A DNA stretch of 52,244 nt, from the NCBI GenBank assembly GCA_944332005.1, contig CALVJD010000027.1:1-52244 (forward strand), read 5' to 3'. The translations under genes were made by a program, and so were the position numbers. Every line of letters begins with the position of its first letter. Within the stretch, counting starts at the first letter, position 1. Positions 38,390 to 47,661 of this stretch are shown here, piece by piece. The notes under the pieces are model-generated. The model ran no database searches and had not been told where the DNA came from. It saw nothing but the letters and a program-made list of their open reading frames with translations. Origin of the DNA: an uncultured Bacilli bacterium (lineage in GTDB: Bacteria; Bacillota_I; Bacilli_A; RF39; UBA660).

Positions 38390-39694
38390 CTACTGTTGGT
38401 TTAATAATTTCACTTCTTCTAATTCGCTGATCGTTACCAATTGATATCCTTGTTCGATCAGAGCTGGAACGATTATTTTTACTGCTTCGACGGTTCTTTT
38501 CTTCGTATCATGCATCAGAATAATATCTCGGTCACTCACTTTTGTCAAAACATTATTGGCAATTGTTTTACTATCTTTTATTTTCCAGTCTTTGGGGTCA
38601 ATGTTCCATAGAACGATACTTAAATCGGTGTTAGATCGTATCTTCTGATTGATGGCTCCATAGGTAGGACGTAATAGACGTGGTGTATATCCTGTATATT
38701 GTTTTAGTATATTTTGTGTTTTATCAATTTGTTCTTTTAATTCGGATACAGATAATTTGGTTAATTGTTTATGATTATAAGAATGATTACCAATTTCATT
38801 TCCGTTTGCAATCGACTGACGAATGGTTTTTTGATAGAGTTCTACTTTATTACCTAGTACGAAGAAAGTAGCGTTAGCATCATATTCTTTTAAAATGTCG
38901 ATAATTTCTTTTGTGTATCTACTTGGACCATCATCGAAAGTAAGGGCTACGACAGGTTTGGTAGGATCGATTACTTTTTCAATTTGAACCGGTGTTTCAA
39001 AAGCAAGTGGTTGGAAGACATCTTTAGTAAGGGGAATTTCTAACGAGAGTTCAGATACGGGAATATCAACTTTTATGATTCCACAATTATGACTTGTAAT
39101 AACATCAGGATTAAAATAGATTGTGAGATTACGATCATCGATCGTAAATAAGTAATCCGTTGATGGTGTGATATATCCTTGCATTTCTTCTAATAAGAGA
39201 CAATCTTGATAGGTTGTTAATAGTTGTTGCTCTATTTTTGGTACTAATTTTTCTCGCTCTTTTTCCTTTAATAGATCGGATATGGTTAATAGCTTTTTAT
39301 CTTTTTTATCGTAGACGTAGGTTTTGAATTCCGTAATGGGATGCGCTAATTTAGAGCTTGATAAGAAGACTGTTAGCGTGATGTTATAGTACCTTTCGTT
39401 TACGATATCGTAGGTATAATCGATATTGAGTTCGGATTCTTCGCTAAGTGATTGAAATGACTCGTATTCTTCTTTAAATTGGTTATAAATGTGTTCGACA
39501 TCCTGGTCTAAGATCCTATCAAAGGCTTGTATATGGGTTATGGGGTAATTAATACTGATTAAAATATTACTATTTTGTTCTTCGATGATGGAATTGATAT
39601 TATCTTTTGTTTCTTTTTGGGGAGTATGAAAGCATCCTGATAATCCACATGATAAAATGAGAAGACTGCTAAGCACAATTACATGTTTTCGCAT
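38390..39694 (-). CDS. lipoprotein with a DUF3298/DUF4163-like N-terminal part and a NodB polysaccharide deacetylase domain (PdaC-like)
   Basis: Lipobox LSGC. NodB motifs are present: TFDDGPS, HSYNH, LRPTYG and LMHD. Confidence 0.8.
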   Translation of the reverse strand: MRKHVIVLSSLLILSCGLSGCFHTPQKETKDNINSIIEEQNSNILISINYPITHIQAFDRILDQDVEHIYNQFKEEYESFQSLSEESELNIDYTYDIVNERYYNITLTVFLSSSKLAHPITEFKTYVYDKKDKKLLTISDLLKEKEREKLVPKIEQQLLTTYQDCLLLEEMQGYITPSTDYLFTIDDRNLTIYFNPDVITSHNCGIIKVDIPVSELSLEIPLTKDVFQPLAFETPVQIEKVIDPTKPVVALTFDDGPSRYTKEIIDILKEYDANATFFVLGNKVELYQKTIRQSIANGNEIGNHSYNHKQLTKLSVSELKEQIDKTQNILKQYTGYTPRLLRPTYGAINQKIRSNTDLSIVLWNIDPKDWKIKDSKTIANNVLTKVSDRDIILMHDTKKRTVEAVKIIVPALIEQGYQLVTISELEEVKLLNQQ

Positions 39695-39787
39695 AAAACC
39701 ACCTATCTAACTATATGTAATTGTGGGTAATTCCATACACCAAAGAACGTTTCTGACATATAACATAATAGGAATGGAGTGATTGAT

Positions 39788-40120
39788 ATGATAGAATTTA
39801 TTTTACAATATTGGATTCAATTTGCATTTGGAATTGTCGTAATGATGTTAGGATATATTGGAAAAGAAGTTCACAAATATTTCAATGTTATGAATACGAC
39901 AAAAAATAGTGTTAGGGCTCTTTTGAGACTTCATTTGTTAGAAGATTATGATTATTATTTAAAAAAAGGAACGATGACGGTAGACGAAAAAGAGAGAGTG
40001 AATCTTTTGTACCTTGAATATCATAATCTTGGCGAAGACAATGTCATGGAAGAAATTATGGAAAAATTTAGTTCTTTTCCAATCGAACCATGTGACACAC
40101 AAGATGCGGGAGGTGAATAG
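39788..40120 (+). CDS. small protein with one N-terminal TM segment
   Basis: ORF with GGAG 9 nt upstream of its ATG. It abuts the next small membrane ORF. Confidence 0.45.
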   Translation: MIEFILQYWIQFAFGIVVMMLGYIGKEVHKYFNVMNTTKNSVRALLRLHLLEDYDYYLKKGTMTVDEKERVNLLYLEYHNLGEDNVMEEIMEKFSSFPIEPCDTQDAGGE

Positions 40121-40480
40121 ATGGAAGCTTTTTTTCCTACTCATTTGTTAGATGTATTGGTAATAGCAGTAACTTTTAGTTTTATTTTAATGGCACTTAT
40201 TCAGAAATTTAAAACGCTCGCTTGGATCAACAAAAGTTATCAAATCTGGATTTTGAATTTAATTTTTTCTTTTGCGATAGGTATTCCTTTTGCCATGTCT
40301 TTTTATGAATTAAATTTATGTGATAGTATTTGGGTGGGGGTATTTAGTTTTATTGGAGCACCATCTATCTATGCGGCACTTAAGAATCAAAAGATTATCA
40401 ATTATAAGCCAAGTTCCGTTTCAGATGTGGTGACACTTCCAAAGGAAAATGAAATTAAAAGAACTGATTTAGAAAAATAA
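40121..40480 (+). CDS. small three-TM membrane protein, holin-like in architecture
   Basis: GGAGGTG RBS. The protein has three predicted TM helices and a charged C-terminal tail. Confidence 0.4.
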   Translation: MEAFFPTHLLDVLVIAVTFSFILMALIQKFKTLAWINKSYQIWILNLIFSFAIGIPFAMSFYELNLCDSIWVGVFSFIGAPSIYAALKNQKIINYKPSSVSDVVTLPKENEIKRTDLEK

Positions 40481-40500
40481 AAATTTCTGAAAAAATGAAA

Positions 40501-40530
40501 AAAAGCAAAAAATGAATTTTTGCTTTTTTA
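40501..40530 (+). terminator. AT-rich intrinsic terminator
   Basis: AAAGCAAAAA / TTTTTGCTTT stem followed by T's. Confidence 0.5.
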
Positions 40531-40731
40531 ATCTTTTGTAATGATAACAACCAATTAATTTTTTGGATTGTGAAAGTAAAAATCGTTTAAATAAAAGGGA
40601 TTAACGGCAATAATTAACTATAAATTAATTTGAAAAAAATAAGTAAAAAATTGAAAAAGTACAAAATGTAAATTTTTGAAAAAAAGTTTTTTTAGAAAAA
40701 TATTGAAATATAAAGCCTAGCTCGATTTTGG

Positions 40732-40745
40732 CGAACAAAAGTTCG
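40732..40745. promoter_or_regulatory. perfect CGAAC-N4-GTTCG palindrome (LexA/Cheo-box-like) upstream of the nrdD promoter
   Basis: CGAACAAAAGTTCG, read directly. It lies 20 nt upstream of the -35 element. Confidence 0.45.
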
Positions 40746-40765
40746 AAAAAAATGTAAAAAAATGA

Positions 40766-40794
40766 TTGACTTATCCAATTTCTCGTCTTATAAT
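40766..40794 (+). promoter_or_regulatory. sigma-A type promoter of nrdD
   Basis: TTGACT (40766-40771), a 17-nt spacer, TATAAT (40789-40794). Confidence 0.65.
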
Positions 40795-40827
40795 GAAGGT
40801 GTTATTAGATGGTAGGAGGGTGTTACA

Positions 40828-43152
40828 GTGACAGAAGTGATGGATAAATTAGAAACGTTAGTCGTTGTGAAACGAAATGGCAAAAAAGTGGACTTTGATG
40901 GAACGAAAATTGCACTGGCAATCAAAAAGGGATTTGATAGCACGATTCGCAGCGATGACGATGAGGCAACAGAAATGGCAACGGCAAAAGCGAAATATAC
41001 AGAAAAAGATATTAATAAAGTGTATCAAAAAGTGATTGCCGATATCGAAAAGAATTATGAGGAAAACGATAAGATTAAAATTGAAGAGATTCAAGATATG
41101 ATCGAAGATCAACTTAAGAAACAAGGATATGATGATGTATATAAATCATTTTCCGAATATCGTGAAAGAAGAAATCAATCTCGTCAAGTCTTCAGTGATG
41201 AGAAGAAGTTACATAAATTTTTAAAGACCATTGAGGGATTGGGATTAAAATCAGCTCACGAAGAAGATAATAAAAGAGAAAATGCCAATGTCGATGGTGA
41301 TACGGCAATGGGAACGATGCTTCAATATGGAAGTACGGTTTCCAAAGAATTTGCCAAATCTTATTTGATGAAAGCAAAGTTTGCGGAGGCTCATGATAGT
41401 GGCGCAATTCATATTCACGATATGGATTTCTTGCCAATGGGCACAACGACTTGTTGTCAAATCGATTTAAATAAATTATTTAAAAATGGATTTTCTACTG
41501 GTCATGGTCATTTGCGTGAACCGAATGATATTATGTCTTATAGTGCGCTTGCAGCAATTGCAATTCAATCGAATCAGAATGATCAACATGGTGGTCAAGC
41601 AATCCCGGCATTCGACTATTTTATGGCTCCTGGAGTTGTTAAGACATTCCGCAAACAATTTAAACAACAAATTGCTGATTTGTTAGATTATAGTGGCTTT
41701 GGAACGTTTATCAATATGGATCGTGTGGCACGAGAGATTGATCGCTTGAATTCGATTGAATTTGATATTCGTATGTTTGATGCACTTGCAAAGGATTCGG
41801 ATGAAGTGAAACATATTTTTGAAGTTTCTTATGAGAAGGCATTGAAAAAAACGGATCGTATTACTTATCAAGCAATGGAAGCATTTATTCATAATTTAAA
41901 TACGATGCATTCGAGAGCAGGTGCACAAGTACCTTTCTCTTCTATTAATTTCGGAACCGATACATCTGCTGAAGGTAGGATGGTTATGAAAAACTATCTT
42001 CTTGCAACAGATGCTGGATTAGGACATAGCGAGACTCCTATTTTTCCCATTTCTATTTTTAAAGTAAAAGAAGGAGTTAACTATAATCCTGAAGATCCTA
42101 ACTATGATTTATTCAAGTTATCTTGTAAAGTATCTGCAAAGCGTTTGTTTCCTAACTTTTCCTTCATCGATGCGCCGTTTAATTTGGAAGGATATGTTCC
42201 AGGAGATTATCGTACAGAAGTTGGGTATATGGGATGTCGTACTAGGGTACTTGCGAACCATGTTGATCCAGATAAAGCGATTACACCTGGTCGTGGAAAT
42301 TTATCTTTTACCTCTATCAATTTACCTCGTCTAGGTATTAAACATGGTATACTTCATGGAGAGATGGCCAATATGCAAGCATTTTATGAGGAGTTAGATG
42401 AATTACTAGAACTAGTAAAAGATCAATTATTAGAACGTTTTGAAATTCAATGTAATCGTCATGTCTATAATTTTCCATTTTTGATGGGACAAGGAGTATG
42501 GATCGATGGAGAAAAATTAAAACCAACAGATCGTTTACGTAGGGTGTTAAAACATGGTACTTTGACGATTGGATTCATTGGTTTGGCAGAATGTTTGAAG
42601 GCATTGACAGGAAAACATCATGGGGAAAGTGCAGAAAGTCAAAAATTAGGACTTGAGATCATTAGTCATATGCGCCAGAAATGTGATGAATTCAGCGAGA
42701 AATATAATTTGAATTTCTCATTGATTGCAACCCCGGCGGAAGGATTAAGTGGAAGATTTGTCAATATCGATAAAGCGATTTATGGAAAGATTAAAGGTGT
42801 TACAGATCGAGCTTATTATACGAACTCTTTCCATATTCCGGTTTACTATCATATTTCGATCAATGATAAAATTAAATTAGAAGCTCCTTATCATGCTCTT
42901 ACCAATGGTGGTCATATCACTTATGTAGAATTAGATGGCGATACTGCTTTAAATGTAGAAGCGTTTGAAAAAGTGGTACGTCTTATGAAAGAAGCAGGAA
43001 TTGGTTATGGAGCAATTAATCATCCTGTCGATCGTGATCCTGTGTGTGGATATGTAGGTGTGATTGGTGATGTATGTCCTGGCTGTGGTAGACGTGCTTA
43101 CGAAGGAGTTCCAGTTGAAGTGATTAATAATTTAGAATATTGTCATAAATGA
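40828..43152 (+). CDS. nrdD: anaerobic ribonucleoside-triphosphate reductase (class III), large polypeptide ending before the glycyl-radical motif
   Basis: N-terminal ATP-cone (VVKRNGKKVDFDGTKI) and an NrdD core. The C-terminal zinc site is VCGY...CPGCG. No RxxGY motif occurs before the TGA at 43150. GTG start 8 nt after GGAGG. Confidence 0.9.
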   Translation: MTEVMDKLETLVVVKRNGKKVDFDGTKIALAIKKGFDSTIRSDDDEATEMATAKAKYTEKDINKVYQKVIADIEKNYEENDKIKIEEIQDMIEDQLKKQGYDDVYKSFSEYRERRNQSRQVFSDEKKLHKFLKTIEGLGLKSAHEEDNKRENANVDGDTAMGTMLQYGSTVSKEFAKSYLMKAKFAEAHDSGAIHIHDMDFLPMGTTTCCQIDLNKLFKNGFSTGHGHLREPNDIMSYSALAAIAIQSNQNDQHGGQAIPAFDYFMAPGVVKTFRKQFKQQIADLLDYSGFGTFINMDRVAREIDRLNSIEFDIRMFDALAKDSDEVKHIFEVSYEKALKKTDRITYQAMEAFIHNLNTMHSRAGAQVPFSSINFGTDTSAEGRMVMKNYLLATDAGLGHSETPIFPISIFKVKEGVNYNPEDPNYDLFKLSCKVSAKRLFPNFSFIDAPFNLEGYVPGDYRTEVGYMGCRTRVLANHVDPDKAITPGRGNLSFTSINLPRLGIKHGILHGEMANMQAFYEELDELLELVKDQLLERFEIQCNRHVYNFPFLMGQGVWIDGEKLKPTDRLRRVLKHGTLTIGFIGLAECLKALTGKHHGESAESQKLGLEIISHMRQKCDEFSEKYNLNFSLIATPAEGLSGRFVNIDKAIYGKIKGVTDRAYYTNSFHIPVYYHISINDKIKLEAPYHALTNGGHITYVELDGDTALNVEAFEKVVRLMKEAGIGYGAINHPVDRDPVCGYVGVIGDVCPGCGRRAYEGVPVEVINNLEYCHK

Positions 43153-43165
43153 AGGAGGAAAAATT

Positions 43166-43339
43166 ATGAAAAATGAAGAAAAAGTAAGAGAAGGAAAGAA
43201 AGTTGGAGAAGGTGTAGGATTCGAAAGAATTCGTCGTATCACTGGGTATTTGGTAGGAACAGTAGATCGCTTTAATAATGCGAAACGTGCAGAAGTAGAA
43301 GATCGTGTAAAACACGGATTTGCGAAAAATGCGAATTAA
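43166..43339 (+). CDS. 57-aa ORF encoding the class III RNR glycyl-radical motif (below the ORF-track cut-off)
   Basis: Hand translation gives MKNEEKVREGKKVGEGVGFERIRRITGYLVGTVDRFNNAKRAEVEDRVKHGFAKNAN. RRITGYL...FN.AK..E...RVKH matches the NrdD C-terminal radical region. AAGGAGG lies 6 nt upstream of the ATG, and the ORF is in a different frame from nrdD. Confidence 0.75.
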   Translation: MKNEEKVREGKKVGEGVGFERIRRITGYLVGTVDRFNNAKRAEVEDRVKHGFAKNAN

Positions 43340-43886
43340 ATTAGCAGCTCCTTTACAATCCGATAGTATCGTCGATGGGGAAGGAATTCGAGCTGTTCTT
43401 TGGACGCAAGGATGTGCCCATCATTGTCCTGGATGTCATAATGCTGAAACTTGGGATTTTGATGGTGGATACTGGGAAGATGTCGATACAATCAAAAAAG
43501 AATTACAATCCTTAGTTGGTCAAGATGGTATTACGTTTAGTGGTGGAGATCCTATGTATCAAATTAAGCCTTGTTTGGAAATTGCTAAGTATGCACATGA
43601 AATTGGTTTGAATGTATGGTGTTATACAGGATATACGTATGAAGAATTATTGACATTAGACGATCCTAATTTGATGGAGTTCTTAGAGAATATTGATGTT
43701 TTAGTCGATGGTCCGTTTATTTTAGAGGAACGTAGTTTGGATCTTTACTTTAAAGGCTCCAGAAATCAAAGAGTTTTGGATATGAAAAAGACATTGCAGG
43801 AGAAGAGACCAGTTATTGTTTCCAAATATCAGGATGCAAAGAAAATTACTCCATTATATAAGAAAGATAAAGATATTTATGTATAA
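43329..43886 (+). CDS. nrdG: anaerobic ribonucleotide reductase activating protein (radical SAM)
   Basis: CAHHCPGCHN cluster motif and position downstream of nrdD. The ATG at 43329 overlaps the end of the small ORF. Confidence 0.9.
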   Translation: MRIKLAAPLQSDSIVDGEGIRAVLWTQGCAHHCPGCHNAETWDFDGGYWEDVDTIKKELQSLVGQDGITFSGGDPMYQIKPCLEIAKYAHEIGLNVWCYTGYTYEELLTLDDPNLMEFLENIDVLVDGPFILEERSLDLYFKGSRNQRVLDMKKTLQEKRPVIVSKYQDAKKITPLYKKDKDIYV

Positions 43887-43887
43887 T

Positions 43888-43917
43888 AAAATAGCTACTA
43901 ATAATAGTAGCTATTTT
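43888..43917. terminator. bidirectional terminator
   Basis: 12-bp stem AAAATAGCTACT / AGTAGCTATTTT. Confidence 0.75.
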
Positions 43918-44546
43918 ATTAATGTTTTTACTTTTTCATTTTCATTCTTAGATGAATTTTGCTTTTGCAACAATTTTTTCTCTAGTTGCTTAAAAGATCT
44001 CATGTGATTAAAATAAGTTAATAATTCAGTTTGATAGTTACGTTCATATTTTTTATCGTTAGGATCATAATGAATTTTTCGAGGATAAAGGTTTTCAGTA
44101 TATCGATAAACCATTTTTCCATTTTGTAGAGTAAATACTATACGTTTTTTGTCAGTGGAAAGAGCAATATTATTATTGGAATCGATACGAATTGAACCAT
44201 CTCCAGTTTGGAGAGTATCTTCTAAGCAATAATAGATTTCACGAGTATTTAGATTTTGACTATAAAGATAATAGGAACTTCCATTATCAAATTCAAAGAC
44301 AAGTTTTTCCTGATTGCGAGTTAATGTTAAATAATCGATTTGTAACATATTTAAATAAAGGGGTTCGTCTATCAGTTCCATACATTTTATTTTTTTTATA
44401 ATTTTATTTGTAAGACGTTTAATTTTTAGTTGAGCTTGTCGATAAGTATTGAAAAGTTGTTCATTCTCTGGCATATCGTGTGTTTTTTTAGATAAGGATT
44501 GGATCGTTGTTTTTAAAGTTGTTAAGTTTGGAATGATATGTTTCAT
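43911..44546 (-). CDS. hypothetical protein
   Basis: 211-aa ORF. No family recognised. Confidence 0.5.
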   Translation of the reverse strand: MKHIIPNLTTLKTTIQSLSKKTHDMPENEQLFNTYRQAQLKIKRLTNKIIKKIKCMELIDEPLYLNMLQIDYLTLTRNQEKLVFEFDNGSSYYLYSQNLNTREIYYCLEDTLQTGDGSIRIDSNNNIALSTDKKRIVFTLQNGKMVYRYTENLYPRKIHYDPNDKKYERNYQTELLTYFNHMRSFKQLEKKLLQKQNSSKNENEKVKTLIK

Positions 44547-44599
44547 ATATGATTTTCCTTTCTGATAATTATTATAATTTTTTTCTTTTTCTTTGTCAA

Positions 44600-45058
44600 T
44601 TAGAGATAGAATTCATCAATTTCCGTATCAAAACGATCAATATTCCGATAGATTTCATTTATTTGTTTTAGATTTTTCATGATGATATCGGGATTGACAT
44701 TCGTATTGATTAAATCTGATATTGATAGAACACCAACCACTTTTTTACGATTGGTTACGATTAAACGTTTGATTTTGTTTTTTCCCATCAAGTTTATGGC
44801 ATCGGCGATGCTTTTATGAACATTGATGGAAATAATATTCTTTGTCATATAATGTTCAACACTTTGATCTATATCCAAATGATTCGCAAGCATTCCTACG
44901 ACGAGGTCACGATCGGTAATAACACCCATGATTTTTTTGTTTAAAACTAGTGGGATAAAACCAATATCGTATTTTTTCATTAAAGTTGCAACAGTCTCTA
45001 CGTGATCGTGAATTGATGCAACGATGATATCTTTGGACATAATAGTATCTATATTCAT
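44600..45058 (-). CDS. CBS-domain pair protein
   Basis: Two CBS-like repeats (IPLVLNKKIMGVITDRDL and LIVTNRKKVVGVLSISDL). Confidence 0.8.
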   Translation of the reverse strand: MNIDTIMSKDIIVASIHDHVETVATLMKKYDIGFIPLVLNKKIMGVITDRDLVVGMLANHLDIDQSVEHYMTKNIISINVHKSIADAINLMGKNKIKRLIVTNRKKVVGVLSISDLINTNVNPDIIMKNLKQINEIYRNIDRFDTEIDEFYL

Positions 45059-45128
45059 ATTCTCACCATTTTTATTGTGAGAAAATGATTAATTTTTATA
45101 CCATGCATATAATATTTTAGGTGAAATT

Positions 45129-45908
45129 ATGAGAAAACGAGTACATTTACATAAAAAATATACATTGCGGAGAGAAAAAGTCAAATTATCAAAATGTAAT
45201 GTTATTGCAATTACCTGTTTTCTCGTCATTTTATGCGTTTTTTTGGTTTTTCGTTGGGCAAGTAATGTACTTACACCTAAATTAGAGGTTTATGCGGAAA
45301 CTGAGTTACGACGTTTTAGTACTTTAATCATCAACAAAATGATCGTAAAAGAAATTAATGATACAATCAGCATTGAAGATTTGTTTATTGTTTCAAAAGA
45401 TAGTAATGATAGTATACATACCGTCGATTTTAATCCGATTGCCGTCAATCGTTTGTTAAGTATTATTACGAACAGTATTCAAACGGATTTTCAAGATTTA
45501 GAACAAGGAAATTATGAAAATTTAAATTTAGAAGATAATGTTTTATCGGATTTTGATATGGATTTACTGAAAAGAGGAATTGTATTTACGATTCCAAGTG
45601 GAATGGTATTTGATAATCCATTACTTTCTAATCTAGGGCCTAAAATTCCAGTTCGATTTAGTTTAACGGGTGATATTACTAGTACGATCAATACGAAAAT
45701 TACCAATTATGGCATTAATAATGCAATGGTGGAGGTGAATGCGGATGTAACCATTCACGAGAGAATGATTTTACCCTTTTTAACGAAAGATATTGACATT
45801 ACCGTTAGTGTACCTCTCGTGATGAAATTGATCCAAGGAACGGTTCCCAATTACTATTTTAATGGGATTGACAAAAATTCTAACATTGTAACGGTTCCAA
45901 TACAATAA
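45129..45908 (+). CDS. yunB: sporulation protein YunB-like
   Basis: N-terminal TM segment and YunB-like sequence pattern (FNPIAVNRL...IPSGMVFDNPLLSNLGPKIPVRF...GINNAMVEV). Similarity is judged from memory. Confidence 0.65.
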   Translation: MRKRVHLHKKYTLRREKVKLSKCNVIAITCFLVILCVFLVFRWASNVLTPKLEVYAETELRRFSTLIINKMIVKEINDTISIEDLFIVSKDSNDSIHTVDFNPIAVNRLLSIITNSIQTDFQDLEQGNYENLNLEDNVLSDFDMDLLKRGIVFTIPSGMVFDNPLLSNLGPKIPVRFSLTGDITSTINTKITNYGINNAMVEVNADVTIHERMILPFLTKDIDITVSVPLVMKLIQGTVPNYYFNGIDKNSNIVTVPIQ

Positions 45909-45947
45909 TTTTCGAAAAATGTGTTATACTAAAATTGGAGGTAACAT

Positions 45948-47660
45948 ATGAGTAGGAGAATAAGAAAAAGAAAGATTAATATTCGAAGATTACTTCTATT
46001 TTTAAGTGCTGTATTGATTGTATCGTTCATTATGGCAATCGGTCTTACAAAATTTGTTGGTCTATTTCGCAATCAAAATGGGAGTTATTATATAGCAGCA
46101 AATGTTAATGAAATACCTCTTTATGATGATAAATATGAAGAGATAGGGAAAATTCCACGAGGAACGGAAGTGAAGAGGAAAGGGAAAGAAGTAATTCGTG
46201 AAGAAACAGATGACATTTATGTAAAAATAGTGTATAATAAAAACCATTACTTTATCAATCGTGATTTTTTGACGACAAAGAAAGAAGAAATCGTTCAAGA
46301 GGAGAAAATGTATGTTCGTACCCCAGTTACTGTCTATGAGACAAGTGATGGAATCGAGATTGTAGGGATGATTAAGAAAGGGGAAGAGGTCGACATACTG
46401 GCATATCAAGATGTGAAAAGTGATGGTACGGTTTCACAATATAAAATTCAATATCAAGATGTAGTAGGATATGTATATGGAAAATATATGGAATTTACAT
46501 CTGAGGCAGCACAGATGAATTATGATCAAGAGGGGGCTTATCAGACACATCTTACACGAACGAATACACAAGGTGGAGGAAGTGCTGGGAATTTAGATTA
46601 TTTTCCTGTAGAAAAGCCAAAATTTGAAAATAATGTGATGCCAGAAGAGGTCAGAAGTTTGTATTTGAATAGCGGTGTACTAGGAAGTGTTGATTCTTAT
46701 ATTGAATTTGCAAAGGAAAACAACATTAATGCTTTCGTTGTGGATGTCAAAGAAAATACTTCTCCTGGTTATGCATCGAAAGTCATGGAAGAATTATCAC
46801 CAACTAGTTATAGTCATGCTAATAATAGTTTTGAAAAGTATCAAACAGCAATAAAAAAGTTAAAAGATGCTGGTTTTTATGTCATAGGACGAATCACTAC
46901 TTTTAAAGATAGTTATTATGTGCAGGATCATCCAGAAGATGCAATTTTGGATACTAGTACGAATGCACCATATAAACATGATGGCTCTTACTGGCCTAGT
47001 GCTTTTGATCGCGATGTATGGGAATACAATGTTAAGTTGGCAATTGAGGCAGTAGAAGAGATGGGATTTAATGAGATTCAATTCGACTATGTTCGTTTTC
47101 CTGATCGCACATTGAAAGCAGAGCAGAGTGGTCTTATCAATTATCAAAATAATTACGGTGAAGAGAAAGCCCAGGCTATTCAAAATTTCCTTATGTATGC
47201 ATGTGATGAAATTCATGATGCTGGAGCTTATGTATCGGCGGATGTATTTGGCGAATCAGCCCATAATTATGTCACTGGTTATGGACAATACTGGGGAGCA
47301 ATTTCCAATGTCGTCGATGTGATTAGTGGTATGCCTTACCCAGAGTTATTCAATAAATACGAATATGGTTTTAAGGAGCCAGTTTGGACAGTCCCATATG
47401 AATTACTTAATTTTTGGGCGACAAATTACGTTGTTAAACAACAAGCTCTCGTACCAACCCCAGCTATCGTTCGTAATTGGATTCAAGCTTATGACATTAC
47501 GTGGCGAAGTCCTAATCAAGTTTATGATGCATCGATGGTAAGTGAAGAAATTGCTGGTATGTATGATGCTGGTTTAACTGGTGGCTTTATCACATGGAAT
47601 GCGAGTTCTAGTCTCAATAAATATAAGACACTAGCAGAGGCATTTAAAAAGGAGTATTGA
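45948..47660 (+). CDS. membrane-anchored putative glycoside-hydrolase-like TIM-barrel protein (DUF4015/GHL-type) with SH3-like N-terminal repeats
   Basis: TM anchor plus RSLYLNS...NAFVVDVKE...GRITTFKD...IQFDYVRFPD. Confidence 0.6.
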   Translation: MSRRIRKRKINIRRLLLFLSAVLIVSFIMAIGLTKFVGLFRNQNGSYYIAANVNEIPLYDDKYEEIGKIPRGTEVKRKGKEVIREETDDIYVKIVYNKNHYFINRDFLTTKKEEIVQEEKMYVRTPVTVYETSDGIEIVGMIKKGEEVDILAYQDVKSDGTVSQYKIQYQDVVGYVYGKYMEFTSEAAQMNYDQEGAYQTHLTRTNTQGGGSAGNLDYFPVEKPKFENNVMPEEVRSLYLNSGVLGSVDSYIEFAKENNINAFVVDVKENTSPGYASKVMEELSPTSYSHANNSFEKYQTAIKKLKDAGFYVIGRITTFKDSYYVQDHPEDAILDTSTNAPYKHDGSYWPSAFDRDVWEYNVKLAIEAVEEMGFNEIQFDYVRFPDRTLKAEQSGLINYQNNYGEEKAQAIQNFLMYACDEIHDAGAYVSADVFGESAHNYVTGYGQYWGAISNVVDVISGMPYPELFNKYEYGFKEPVWTVPYELLNFWATNYVVKQQALVPTPAIVRNWIQAYDITWRSPNQVYDASMVSEEIAGMYDAGLTGGFITWNASSSLNKYKTLAEAFKKEY

Positions 47661-47661
47661 T

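Noticed and set aside
40540-40731. NrdR boxes, a Rex/FNR-type site (TTGTGAAAG...) or a DnaA box (TTATCCAAT, actually at 40771-40779) in the long AT-rich region upstream of nrdD
   Set aside because: Only half-sites or weak palindromes are present (TACAAAATGTA, ATATTGAAATAT). None matches a full consensus, and in DNA this AT-rich such matches are expected by chance.
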